Source of the DNA: an uncultured Candidatus Saccharibacteria bacterium | GTDB lineage: Bacteria > Patescibacteriota > Saccharimonadia > Saccharimonadales > Saccharimonadaceae | DNA: 64,000 nucleotides | Assembly (NCBI GenBank): GCA_946530965.1 | Contig: CAMNAK010000003.1 | Location: 8,312 to 72,311, forward strand | Reading direction: 5' to 3' | Shown: positions 26,376 through 35,520 of the stretch, one piece after another | How the letters are laid out: every line of letters starts with the position of its first letter | Position numbering within the stretch: position 1 is the stretch's first letter | Program-made: the position numbers and the translations under genes | The notes under the pieces: generated by a model | The model's input: only the letters and a program-made list of their open reading frames with translations | Databases searched by the model: none | Told to the model about the DNA's origin: nothing

Positions 26376-26540
26376 TTTTGTTGCCTCCTTAAGCAAACAT
26401 ATTTTTATTTTCCCGAGGAGACAAATGTCTCACTTCGGTTGTAGCCAGCTACGGTGGGCGTTGTAACTAGCTAGAACCGAAGTAAGACTCCGAATGAACA
26501 TATAAAGGTGCCGTTATTAGACTAGGCTAACAACATATAT

Positions 26541-26569
26541 ATTATAGCATAAGCGCGTAAAATAGTCAA
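26541..26569 (-). promoter_or_regulatory. Sigma70-type promoter about 160 nt upstream of the lysozyme start
   Basis: The minus strand reads TTGACT-17 nt-TATAAT with a TGc extension. Confidence 0.65.
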
Positions 26570-26609
26570 TAATATAACCATAAGCATAAAGAAAATCAAC
26601 ATACGAAAT

Positions 26610-26638
26610 TTGGCTAAAAATCAACTTAGTTTTATAAT
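26610..26638 (+). promoter_or_regulatory. rmuC promoter
   Basis: TTGGCT-17 nt-TATAAT. The -10 abuts the first ATG, so the true (leaderless) start is probably the ATG at 26645. Confidence 0.5.
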
Positions 26639-27733
26639 ATGCTTATGGATATTTTGCTAATAATTATTCTAATAGTTGCCGTAGTTGCAATGATGTTGTA
26701 TTTTGGTTTTCAATTCTCCCGTTTAACAGATAGCTTGAACCGAAAAATTGACGACGAAAACTACCGCACTCAGGCCAAAATTGACCAGATGAGCAATGTC
26801 CTAGATAAGCGTATTGATGAGAATAATGCTCGCGTCCAGGACTCCATTACGAAGCAGCTCAGCGAATCTAGCAAGCAACTTAGTGAATCGAACAAGGTTG
26901 TGGCGGATATCTCTAGAAGAATCGCCTCAATAACAGAGACGAACAAGCATGTTGTGTCTGTGGCGGACGAACTAAAGACTTTGCAGGCGGTCTTGCAGAA
27001 CCCAAAGCAGCGAGGTGTTTTTGGCGAGTATTATCTAGATTCCGTGCTCGGTAATGTTTTGCCACCTGGATCATATGCGTTGCAATACAAGTTTAAAGAT
27101 GGTGAGATTGTGGATGCGGCTGTTTTCTTGGATAAGGGCAAGATTTTGCCGGTAGACTCGAAGTTCTCGCTTGAGAATTATAACCGCATGATTTCGGCTA
27201 AGGATAAGAATACGCGCGAGATTTACGCCAGGAAAGTCCGCGACGACCTGAAAGGTAGGATTGACGAGACGGCAAAATATATCCGCCCAGGCGAAAAGAC
27301 GATGGAATTTGCCTTCATGTTTATCCCGTCCGAATCGCTGTATTATGACCTCTTGATTAACAAGGTCGGCACGCTTGGTAGTGAGCGTGATTTGATCGAG
27401 TATGCCTTTAGGGATAAGAAGGTTATTATTACGAGCCCAACTAGCTTTATGGCGTATCTTCAGACGATATTGCAAGGTCTCCGCAGTTTGCAGATCGAGA
27501 AGGATGCGCAGGAGATTCAGAAGCGCGTCGCAAAGCTCGGCACGCATATTACGGCCTTTGATGGCTATATGAATAAGCTTGGCAACTCGCTCGGCACGAC
27601 CGTGAACCACTATAACACGGCCTATAAGTCGCTTAGTATGATAGACAAAGACGTGGTGAAAATCACGGGCGAAGCCGAGGATGAGACAAAGCGGATTGAA
27701 GCAAAACAGCTAAGTAAGCCAGAAACAATATAA
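26639..27733 (+). CDS. rmuC: DNA recombination protein RmuC
   Basis: N-terminal TM segment, a long coiled coil, then QRGVFGEYYLDSVL and the FMFIPSESLY nuclease-like core. An alternative start lies at 26645. Confidence 0.8.
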   Translation: MLMDILLIIILIVAVVAMMLYFGFQFSRLTDSLNRKIDDENYRTQAKIDQMSNVLDKRIDENNARVQDSITKQLSESSKQLSESNKVVADISRRIASITETNKHVVSVADELKTLQAVLQNPKQRGVFGEYYLDSVLGNVLPPGSYALQYKFKDGEIVDAAVFLDKGKILPVDSKFSLENYNRMISAKDKNTREIYARKVRDDLKGRIDETAKYIRPGEKTMEFAFMFIPSESLYYDLLINKVGTLGSERDLIEYAFRDKKVIITSPTSFMAYLQTILQGLRSLQIEKDAQEIQKRVAKLGTHITAFDGYMNKLGNSLGTTVNHYNTAYKSLSMIDKDVVKITGEAEDETKRIEAKQLSKPETI

Positions 27734-27789
27734 CTAAAAAATAATTACACTTAAGACAAAGAACAGTCTTATGTGTAATTATTTTTTAG
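27734..27789 (+). terminator. Long AT-rich hairpin downstream of rmuC (24-bp stem, loop AAAGAACA)
   Basis: Bases 27734-27757 pair with 27766-27789 with a single mismatch. The hairpin starts 1 nt after the stop codon. Confidence 0.6.
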
Positions 27790-27882
27790 TAACATGTATC
27801 TTTTTAACTTACCTAGTTGATATCTTCGAATTCGTTTGTAAGCTTTTGGGTATTAAATAAAATTCTGAACGGCTATAAAAAG

Positions 27883-27935
27883 CTAAGCTTAGTAGGTTTT
27901 TAAACTGTTCTTTGTTTAAAAACTACTAAGCTTAG
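27883..27935 (-). terminator. Long hairpin downstream of lepB (22-bp stem, same loop AAAGAACA on its own strand)
   Basis: Bases 27883-27905 pair with 27914-27935 with one bulged G. The minus-strand loop reads AAAGAACA. Confidence 0.6.
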
Positions 27936-27938
27936 TTA

Positions 27939-28589
27939 TTAAAACGTTCGGATTTTATTCAATGGCCAAATCCTAATCGTTGCCGGCCCAATAATTCGGC
28001 AGAACGGAATCGTTCCCAAACCGCTTCTTGAGTCTAGTGAGTTGCTGCCTTCGCGGTTGTCGCCGCTTACGAACAATTCGCCCTCTGGAACAATCATATT
28101 TACGCTGCCAGACGTGTAGCTCTTTGGGCCATCTGTGTCGGATTTTCTGGTGTCGTCGTCTGGGTGGAAGCCTTCTGGATGTTGGTCGTTATAGACGGTC
28201 AAAACGCCATCCTCGACTGTTACGCGCTCGCCAGGGAAGGCAATCACGCGCTTCACGATGTACTGATCTGCAATGCCTGCCTGGGCTTCACAGCTCTTAG
28301 TGCCAGTGTTGCCGCCGTTTGCAAAGATAATAATATCGCCACGATTTGGGATATATTCCTGTCCAAGGAAGTGCGACATAGTAACAGCGAAGCGGTTCAC
28401 GATGACGCGCTCGCCAGAATGGAGAGTATTTTCCATACTGCCGCCAACGACGTTGTAGCTACGAAAAACAAAACTATTCAAGATAAAGGTGCCCAAAACG
28501 ACTGCGCCGACGAAACTTAGGAAGTTTAATATATCCTTTAAGGCCGGATATTTTTGCGCGAAGCTAGCCTTTTTCTCCTCGAAATTCAT
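27939..28589 (-). CDS. lepB: Signal peptidase I
   Basis: GGSMENTLHSGERV (catalytic Ser box), VKRVIAFPGE (Lys box) and GDNREGSNSLDSR boxes. Confidence 0.85.
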   Translation of the reverse strand: MNFEEKKASFAQKYPALKDILNFLSFVGAVVLGTFILNSFVFRSYNVVGGSMENTLHSGERVIVNRFAVTMSHFLGQEYIPNRGDIIIFANGGNTGTKSCEAQAGIADQYIVKRVIAFPGERVTVEDGVLTVYNDQHPEGFHPDDDTRKSDTDGPKSYTSGSVNMIVPEGELFVSGDNREGSNSLDSRSGLGTIPFCRIIGPATIRIWPLNKIRTF

Positions 28590-28596
28590 ACATATT

Positions 28597-28605
28597 ATTT
28601 TAGCA
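28597..28605 (-). promoter_or_regulatory. Extended -10 (TGcTAAAAT) 7 nt upstream of the lepB ATG
   Basis: The minus strand reads TGcTAAAAT-aatatgt-ATG with no SD. Confidence 0.5.
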
Positions 28606-28673
28606 TAAGTAGAGCTGGCTTAAAAACGCGCCAGTGGCAACAAAACTCGCCTTATGCTAAAATGATAAAAGTT

Positions 28674-29462
28674 ATGGCTGATTTCATAATGCTTCGCAAG
28701 GGGCGAAATGTCTTGAGTTCTATAGTTCACGTTGGGCTAAATATTGCCTTGGCGGTTGTTTCTACTGCGCTTACCGTAATTAGCGGTAACTGTGTTTTTG
28801 CTATCCTTCTTGTGATTCTATCTAAGTGGCGCGTTATTGCAGTCCGCCCACGTTACTGGTGGATTAATATCAAATCCAACCTCGTAGACTTTATCGTTGG
28901 CGTAAGTCTTGCGCTTCTAGTTTCTGTCGCTGGCTCGAATGGCCTCAATATGTGGCACGTAATTCTAACCATTATCTATGCCATCTGGCTCGTTGCGATT
29001 AAGCCACAGAGCTCCATCGTTTTTGCTCAGGTTCAATCTTTGATGGCCATCTTCTTCGGTACCTTCGCGGTTGCCACGGTTGCTGCGCATGCTGATCCGT
29101 TCTTGGGCTGTCTCGTTAGCTTTATCATTGGCTATGGCGCAAGCCGCCACGTTCTTGTTCAAGGTGACGACGTAGACTTTACGCTCACGACCTTCCTATC
29201 TGGCTTGATTCTTGCAGAGCTTACCTGGGTCTTCTATCACTGGTCTATCGTTTATGTAATTGGAACCGAAACGGTTTACGCAGTCCCTCAGCTTCCAATT
29301 GTTGCAAGTCTTATCTTCTTTACTTTTGCTAGGGGCTATACTTCCGCTCTCAAGCACGACGGCAAGATTCGTATGGACGATATCTTGTTGCCAGCGATAT
29401 TTTCAGTTTCGCTTATACTTGTCATGATATTCTGTTTCTCGAAAGCAAACTTCGACGTTTAA
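28674..29462 (+). CDS. Hypothetical polytopic membrane protein
   Basis: Seven or more hydrophobic helices. Start trimmed to MADFIM because a TGcTAAAAT -10 element sits at 28651-28659, inside the listed ORF. The start remains uncertain (28689 is also possible). Confidence 0.45.
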   Translation: MADFIMLRKGRNVLSSIVHVGLNIALAVVSTALTVISGNCVFAILLVILSKWRVIAVRPRYWWINIKSNLVDFIVGVSLALLVSVAGSNGLNMWHVILTIIYAIWLVAIKPQSSIVFAQVQSLMAIFFGTFAVATVAAHADPFLGCLVSFIIGYGASRHVLVQGDDVDFTLTTFLSGLILAELTWVFYHWSIVYVIGTETVYAVPQLPIVASLIFFTFARGYTSALKHDGKIRMDDILLPAIFSVSLILVMIFCFSKANFDV

Positions 29463-29491
29463 TACTAGACAAACAATAAGAAAGGAGAATT

Positions 29492-30793
29492 ATGGATAGT
29501 GGGAATACTCCTGGATCCAAAACGCAGCCTGTAGTGACGACTGGCCATCCTGTGGCGAAGTCACCAGTTCAAAATAGTCATCAGTTAGTTACTCCGGTTG
29601 TTCCGCCGAAGCCAAAGGAAAAAAAGAGAGGTAACGGTGCTGCTTCGGCCGCTGTTGTTATCGCTATCTTTGCATTGCTAATCGCAGTAGGCGGTGTCGG
29701 CTTCGGTATCTGGGCCTACATGAACAGGAATACTCCAAGAGTAGTTCAGGGCGGCAGTAGTGACGGCTACTATAATGGCAATACTGTAGAATTCGAAGAA
29801 ACTTCTATTGCTGGCATTGTCTCCAAGGTTACCCCTGCGGTCGTCTCTATTATCGTAGAGGCTGAGTCTCAGCCTTCTGGTGTCTATGGCTATCTATACG
29901 GTCAGGCTGAAGTCGTCCAGGCTGCTGGTACTGGTATGATTGTTACCTCTGATGGCTACATCATTACCAACAAGCACGTTGTAAATGGTGCAAGAAAAAT
30001 CCAGATTATCATGGATAACGGCGATACTTACGAAGACGTAAAGATTGCTGGTCTTGATCCGCTCAATGACGTTGCTTATCTAAAGATTAACAATGTTAGC
30101 GATTTACCAACGGTAACTCTTGGCGATTCTAAGACCCTCTCGGTTGGTCAGCCTGTTCTTGCTATTGGTAACGCTCTTGGCGCCTTCCAGAACTCTGTCA
30201 CTGAAGGCATTGTCAGCGGTCTAGGTCGCACGATTACCGCCTATGACGACGAAGATGATGACGAGGGCGAAACATTGTCTGACCTTATTCAGACCGATGC
30301 GGCAATTAACCATGGTAACTCTGGCGGCCCACTTGTAAACGCGGCTGGTGAGGTTATCGGCATTAACTCTGCAACGTCAGAAACTGCAAATGGCTTAGGC
30401 TTCGCAATTCCGATTTCTGCAACCAAGGGCATGCTAAATAGTATTATCGAGAACAACAAGGCAAAGCGTGCGGTTATGGGTGTCTCATATATTACTGTTA
30501 CCCCAGAAGTTACTAAGGCTTATGATCTTCCAGTAAACTACGGCGCATATCTCTATTCTCAGGATTCCCGTGGTCGCGAAAGAGACTCTGTTGTCTCTGG
30601 TGGTGCAGCAGACAGGGCTGGCATCAAGAATGGGGATATCATCACCAAGATTAACGGCGTAACCATCGGCGCGGCCGGCACTCTAAGTACTCTAGTTGGC
30701 GAATATAAGGTTGGCGATACGATCGAAGTTGAGTTTGTTCGTGACGACAAAACCATGTCGACAAACGTCACACTCGAAGCTTACGAAGAGTAA
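29492..30793 (+). CDS. htrA: HtrA/DegP-family serine protease with a PDZ domain, membrane anchored
   Basis: TNKHVV (His), the DVAYLKI region (Asp), GNSGGPLVN (Ser) and a C-terminal PDZ-like GDIITKINGV. Confidence 0.85.
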   Translation: MDSGNTPGSKTQPVVTTGHPVAKSPVQNSHQLVTPVVPPKPKEKKRGNGAASAAVVIAIFALLIAVGGVGFGIWAYMNRNTPRVVQGGSSDGYYNGNTVEFEETSIAGIVSKVTPAVVSIIVEAESQPSGVYGYLYGQAEVVQAAGTGMIVTSDGYIITNKHVVNGARKIQIIMDNGDTYEDVKIAGLDPLNDVAYLKINNVSDLPTVTLGDSKTLSVGQPVLAIGNALGAFQNSVTEGIVSGLGRTITAYDDEDDDEGETLSDLIQTDAAINHGNSGGPLVNAAGEVIGINSATSETANGLGFAIPISATKGMLNSIIENNKAKRAVMGVSYITVTPEVTKAYDLPVNYGAYLYSQDSRGRERDSVVSGGAADRAGIKNGDIITKINGVTIGAAGTLSTLVGEYKVGDTIEVEFVRDDKTMSTNVTLEAYEE

Positions 30794-30804
30794 AAGCTAA
30801 AAAC

Positions 30805-30838
30805 AAGAAAAGTCCTATCTGTTTAGGGCTTTTCTTTT
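30805..30838 (+). terminator. Intrinsic terminator
   Basis: AAGAAAAGTCCT-N8-AGGGCTTTTCTT followed by TTT. Confidence 0.7.
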
Positions 30839-30931
30839 GTTCTAAAACATGGTATAATTTCGAGGTAATAATATTTAACGAAACAGTCTAGGATTGCAAA
30901 GACATCCCCTAGACAAAGGAGAAGGTAGAAG

Positions 30932-31633
30932 ATGCCTGTACAAGCAGATATCAAGGAGCTCTTGGCTACTGGTGCGCATTTTGGTCATAAGACTAGCCGC
31001 TGGCACCCAAAGATGGCTCCATACATCCACAGCAAGCGCAATGGCGCTCACATTATTAACCTTGAAAAGACTGTCGACGCTCTCGACGCAGCTCTTCCAG
31101 AGCTAACCAAGCTCGCAGCTAAGGGCAAGAAAGTTCTTTTCGTTGGTACCAAGAAGCAGCTTAAAGACGCTGTCAAAGAAGTTGCTGAATCTATCGACAT
31201 GCCATACGTAACTGTACGTTGGGTCGGCGGTATGCTTACAAACGTCGATACTGTTAACAAACAGATCCGCAAGCTAAAAGATCTTGAAAAGCGCATGGCA
31301 AGTGGCGAACTTGAAAAGCGCTACAGCAAGCTTGAAGTTCAGCGCTTCCAGGAAGAAATCGATATGCTCAACGAGCGTTACGGTGGTATCAAGAATATGA
31401 CCGAACAGCCAGTTGCAGTTATCGTTACTGATATGATTCAGGACAAGAACGCAATCAAGGAAGCTAAGACTCTTAACATTCCTGTATTCGCAATCGCTGA
31501 TACAAACACTGATCCTACAACTGTAGATTATCCAATTCCTGCTAACGATGATGCTATCAAGGCAGTTCAGCTAATCTTGAACTACTTTGCAGAAGCTATC
31601 AAAGAAGGCAAGGCAAAGATTGCTAAGAACTAA
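30932..31633 (+). CDS. rpsB: 30S ribosomal protein S2
   Basis: LLATGAHFGHKTSRWHPKM motif. RBS GGAGAAGG. Confidence 0.95.
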   Translation: MPVQADIKELLATGAHFGHKTSRWHPKMAPYIHSKRNGAHIINLEKTVDALDAALPELTKLAAKGKKVLFVGTKKQLKDAVKEVAESIDMPYVTVRWVGGMLTNVDTVNKQIRKLKDLEKRMASGELEKRYSKLEVQRFQEEIDMLNERYGGIKNMTEQPVAVIVTDMIQDKNAIKEAKTLNIPVFAIADTNTDPTTVDYPIPANDDAIKAVQLILNYFAEAIKEGKAKIAKN

Positions 31634-31702
31634 TTAACAAGCTTAGTTCCGAATCCGCGAAGGATTCTAAACATTGGAAAATAAAATTCCTAAGGAGGAA
31701 AA

Positions 31703-32335
31703 ATGGCAGATAAAACCGTAAAAGAAGTTGCTGGTGAAGCAAAAGCTATCAGCATTGAGCTTATCAAGAAGCTAAAAGAACTTTCCGGTGTTGGCCTAAC
31801 CGATGCTAAGAAAGCTCTCGTCGAAGCTAAAGGTGATTTCGACAAAGCTCTTTCTGAAATGCGCAAGAAGGGTATGACAAAGGCTGAAAAGCGTGGCGAT
31901 CGCGAAACTCGCGAAGGTCTCGTTGATGCCTACATCCATGATGGTCGCATTGGTGCTATCGTTGAAGTTAACTGCGAAACATCTTTCGTTGCTAAGACCG
32001 ATGAATTCAAAGATCTTACACACAAGATTGCAATGCAGGTTGCTTCTATGAACCCACTTTATGTCACTGAAGATCAGATCCCAGAAGAGAAGCGCGCAGA
32101 AGCTATCAAAGAAGCTGAAGCATCTCTAACTGGTAAAGAGCCAGAAGACAAGAAGCAGGAGATTCTTGCAAAGAAAGTTTCCAAAGCTTTCTCCGATCGC
32201 GTTCTTATGAACCAGCCATACATCTTTGATGATAAGAAAACTGTTGAACAGTTCATCAAGGAAGCTAACGCAAAGCTTGGCGAAAACATTGTCGTTAAGC
32301 AGTTCAAGCGCATCGAGCTTGGTGTTACTGAGTAA
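31703..32335 (+). CDS. tsf: Elongation factor Ts (short form)
   Basis: N-terminal UBA-like LIKKLKELSGVGLTDAKKAL and the VEVNCETSFVAKTDEF core. It follows rpsB, as is usual. Confidence 0.9.
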   Translation: MADKTVKEVAGEAKAISIELIKKLKELSGVGLTDAKKALVEAKGDFDKALSEMRKKGMTKAEKRGDRETREGLVDAYIHDGRIGAIVEVNCETSFVAKTDEFKDLTHKIAMQVASMNPLYVTEDQIPEEKRAEAIKEAEASLTGKEPEDKKQEILAKKVSKAFSDRVLMNQPYIFDDKKTVEQFIKEANAKLGENIVVKQFKRIELGVTE

Positions 32336-32354
32336 TTAGAGTAACAAACATAGG

Positions 32355-32377
32355 TCCCCTCGAAAGAGGGGATTTTT
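32355..32377 (+). terminator. Intrinsic terminator of rpsB-tsf
   Basis: TCCCCTC-gaaa-GAGGGGA followed by TTTTT. Confidence 0.85.
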
Positions 32378-32413
32378 GTTTGCCTTGAAAAACATAAAGT
32401 AGGGCTTATGTAA

Positions 32414-32446
32414 AACAAAAAACCACCGCTTATATGTGCGGTGGTT
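32414..32446 (-). terminator. Intrinsic terminator of the surface-protein gene
   Basis: AACCACCGC-N8-GCGGTGGTT followed by T-runs on the minus strand. Confidence 0.75.
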
Positions 32447-32454
32447 TATGAGGC

Positions 32455-35310
32455 TTATCTCTTGATAGCTCTATTTACTAGGAAGAATGATGCTGCGATG
32501 AAGCTAACGCTTCCGAGACCAATCATCCAGATATTATGGCTTGCTGTGTCTGGGTTATCTGGAACTTTCTTCTTGTAAATGAAGATTACTGTTTCGTTCT
32601 TAGTCATATTATCCGTAGAAGTTTCGGAACTTGTGCTATGAACGCCAACATATTCGTAACCCTTGCTAGAGAAGTCTTTCTCGGTTTCGCTATAGCTACC
32701 GCCATCTGGAATCCATACGCGATCCTTGCTTTCGAATTCGGTGTAGGTATCGTTCTCGCCTTCCTCGGCATAGATTACGTCGAGAGAGTGCATCTTGTAG
32801 ATAAACTGAATACGGATATTGCGGTCGCTGAATGTACCAGAAGCTGCATCGTAGGCTTGGTCTAGGACGATTTCGCCAGGATAGTTTAGAGCGGTACCGT
32901 GGAAGCTTACGCTTCTTGTTCCGGCTTCGTCCCAGGTATCGCCAGCTAGTTTGCCAGTTTCGCTCTTTGTTGGAGCTGCTTCGCTGCCGTCTTCCCAAAC
33001 ATAGGTGACGGTCAAATTGTAGTGCTTAACCTTGTCATAAAGGAAGATTACGGTTGCGTTTGCCTTCATGTTAGTCTTGGTGTTTGGGTCGCTCGTGCTA
33101 TGCATACCATAGTATTCGTAATCCTGCGCAGTAAGGTCGATTGGGAATTCGGCATAGTTGCCGCCATCAGGAATATACTGCGTATCTTTGTGTGAGATTT
33201 CGGTGTAGGTATCGTTCTCGCCTCTTTCAGCATAGATTACGTCGAGAGAGTGCATCTTGTAGATGAACTGAATGCGAATGTTGCTATCGTCGAATGTGCC
33301 AGAGGCTGCGTCGTAAGCTGGGTCTAGGACGATTTCGCCAGGATAGTTTAGAGCGGCGCCGTGGAAGTTTACGCTTCTTGTGCCTGTCTCATCCCAGGTG
33401 TCATTTTTATGGAAGCCTTCTTGATATTTTTGTGTTGCGGCTTCGCTGCCATCTTCCCAAACATAAGTAACCGTGAGGGTGTAGGACTTCTTTCTGTAGA
33501 TGAAGATTACAGTTGCGCTGTTCTTCATGTTGGTTGCCGAGACTGGTGAGCTCGTGCTGTGAACACTGACATATTCGTAACCGCCGCTAGTTAGATCGGC
33601 TGGCTCTTCGGCATAGTTGCCACCATCAGGGATATACTGCGTATCTTTGTGTGAGATTTCGGTGTAGGTATCGTTCTCGCCTTCCTCGGCATAGATTACA
33701 TCGAGTGGATGCATCTTGTAGATGTATTGTATGTGGATATCATGATCGCTAAATGTACCAGAAGCTACGTCGTAAGCTGGGTCTAGGACGATTTCGCCAG
33801 GATAGTTTAGAGCGGTACCGTGGAAGCTTACACTTCTTACTCCAGTTTCTTCCCAGGTATCTCCGGCTAGTTTGCCAGTTTCGCTCTTTGTTGGAGCAGC
33901 TTCACTGCCGTCTTCCCAAACATAATTAACCGTGAGGGTATATTCTGGGTCAGGCTCTGGCGTTAATGGCGTTGTGTCGTTTAGGGAAAGAAAGTATGAA
34001 TCGCCTTTTAGATTAATGTTGTTAGCGATAATTATACCCTGTAGGCCGTCTACGGCTACTTCTACGTCAGCGCCAGGAGCAATGATTGTTGAGCTCGAGT
34101 GGTTTTGAGTGATGATTTTTCCGGTATATACACCGTCGGGCTTGCTAGAATCGAATAGGTTAAGGATGATGTGGTTTGGATACTGGTAGTCTGTCACCTT
34201 ATAGCGCAAGCAGCTGATCTGATCTTCAGTATGTTTTAGCTGAGCTTCGTGAGATACATGCCAATCGTCCATTAGATCATCGCCAGAATCAGGGTCAAAA
34301 TGATTATTGGCTGAATCGAAATAATCTGGATTAGTCTTTCCTTCGTCGTAGCAAATCCTAAAACCGCTTCTTAGCTCAAATTCTTGTTGGTAATCCTTTA
34401 AATCTACGTTTACTACTAGGGAAGAAGGCTTGTTTTGATCGAAGCCTACAACTTCGATTTCTGTAGTCGGGTCTAGCAAATCGTAAGCATTAACAGTTAC
34501 GTAGTTAGCGCCTTCGTCATCGGTAATGCGAAGGTACTTAAGGTTCATTTCTTGATCGGTGCGTGCGATTGTGCCATCAACCGTATCAGTATCAGGTGTA
34601 TTTCTAATTAGCTGGTTTTGTTCAATTGCGTCAGCTTTTACAGCAGCTAAATCCAAGAATTCAGGTCCATTAGCAACTTCTTTCCAGAGGTTGTCGTAGT
34701 AATTAACAGAGTTTTCGCCCTCTTTGCGCTTTGGACCATTTATGTCTGCCCCATTGAAGATCCAAAGCTCGCCAAAACCATCCGTAGCATTCTGCGAAGG
34801 TTTACCGCTTGCGTCAACGTCGCTACCTACAATAAGGACACTTGAATTTGCATGGTCGTCGCCAGTATAGTAGCCGCGAAGACTAACTTCATCGTCTGCG
34901 GATTTAATATAGTTTGCAGTTGGAACATCGAAGTGTGCAATATTATTGCCATTACCAGTAAGGTAGTTTACTGCAATATTGCCATAAGCCTGCTGTGTCT
35001 GGTTGAAGCTATTGAAAGAAATAACATGAAAATTGCCGAGTGCGCCAGTAGAACCGAAGTTGCCGCCATAAATATGGGCAACTTGAGCATTAGCGAATGT
35101 TCTGTCGCTCGTGAGTTTGGAAGTACCATCGGTAGCGCTAACAGTTGGCGTGCCTACGTCGGTTCTCTGTGGAACCAAGTCTGTCACGGCAGCGTGGGCA
35201 TTATTTTTTATTATCGTGCTGGCAATCACGCCTATTCCTAGTACGAGCGTTATTGCGGATAGAGTGGACGCTATCCTACTTGCTCGAAAATTGCGCAAAT
35301 TTAGACGCAT
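32455..35310 (-). CDS. Large secreted, C-terminally membrane-anchored surface protein (putative adhesin) with three ~153-aa tandem repeats
   Basis: Signal/anchor segment at the N-terminus. The segment LGNFHVISFNSFNQTQQAYGNIAV resembles choice-of-anchor-A domains. Three repeats follow, starting Y(T/N)LTV(N/T)YVWEDGSEAA. A C-terminal TM helix is followed by RAIKR, and no LPXTG motif is present. Confidence 0.7.
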   Translation of the reverse strand: MRLNLRNFRASRIASTLSAITLVLGIGVIASTIIKNNAHAAVTDLVPQRTDVGTPTVSATDGTSKLTSDRTFANAQVAHIYGGNFGSTGALGNFHVISFNSFNQTQQAYGNIAVNYLTGNGNNIAHFDVPTANYIKSADDEVSLRGYYTGDDHANSSVLIVGSDVDASGKPSQNATDGFGELWIFNGADINGPKRKEGENSVNYYDNLWKEVANGPEFLDLAAVKADAIEQNQLIRNTPDTDTVDGTIARTDQEMNLKYLRITDDEGANYVTVNAYDLLDPTTEIEVVGFDQNKPSSLVVNVDLKDYQQEFELRSGFRICYDEGKTNPDYFDSANNHFDPDSGDDLMDDWHVSHEAQLKHTEDQISCLRYKVTDYQYPNHIILNLFDSSKPDGVYTGKIITQNHSSSTIIAPGADVEVAVDGLQGIIIANNINLKGDSYFLSLNDTTPLTPEPDPEYTLTVNYVWEDGSEAAPTKSETGKLAGDTWEETGVRSVSFHGTALNYPGEIVLDPAYDVASGTFSDHDIHIQYIYKMHPLDVIYAEEGENDTYTEISHKDTQYIPDGGNYAEEPADLTSGGYEYVSVHSTSSPVSATNMKNSATVIFIYRKKSYTLTVTYVWEDGSEAATQKYQEGFHKNDTWDETGTRSVNFHGAALNYPGEIVLDPAYDAASGTFDDSNIRIQFIYKMHSLDVIYAERGENDTYTEISHKDTQYIPDGGNYAEFPIDLTAQDYEYYGMHSTSDPNTKTNMKANATVIFLYDKVKHYNLTVTYVWEDGSEAAPTKSETGKLAGDTWDEAGTRSVSFHGTALNYPGEIVLDQAYDAASGTFSDRNIRIQFIYKMHSLDVIYAEEGENDTYTEFESKDRVWIPDGGSYSETEKDFSSKGYEYVGVHSTSSETSTDNMTKNETVIFIYKKKVPDNPDTASHNIWMIGLGSVSFIAASFFLVNRAIKR
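32563..33942 (-). repeat. Three in-frame tandem DNA repeats of about 460 bp inside the surface-protein gene
   Basis: Repeat boundaries fall at 33942/33483/33021, each at the Tyr codon of YxLTV. Long stretches are identical at the DNA level between units, e.g. ggatagtttagagcggtaccgtggaagcttac. Confidence 0.85.
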
Positions 35311-35416
35311 TTTCTTACACCTCTCTGTTTATAAATGTTTATTTTGACCTATTTGAGAATATATTAACATAAGTATTTTACACTTGCAAGAGTTTTTTCT
35401 AAAAAAGTTCTACAAC

Positions 35417-35445
35417 TTGAAAAATATTGCAAAATATGATATAAT
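35417..35445 (+). promoter_or_regulatory. Sigma70-type promoter
   Basis: TTGAAA-17 nt-TATAAT with a TGa extension. Confidence 0.65.
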
Positions 35446-35520
35446 AAAGCTATTCGTTCCTGAGAACTTCGGACACCAAAAGGGACGTACATTACTATTC
35501 TAGAAAGGGGATAGAGCTTC

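Noticed and set aside
28554-28673. N-terminal 40 codons of the listed ORF 28554..29462
   Set aside because: This part overlaps the lepB start and promoter and contains the gene's own TGcTAAAAT -10 element. The hydrophobic protein proper starts after it.
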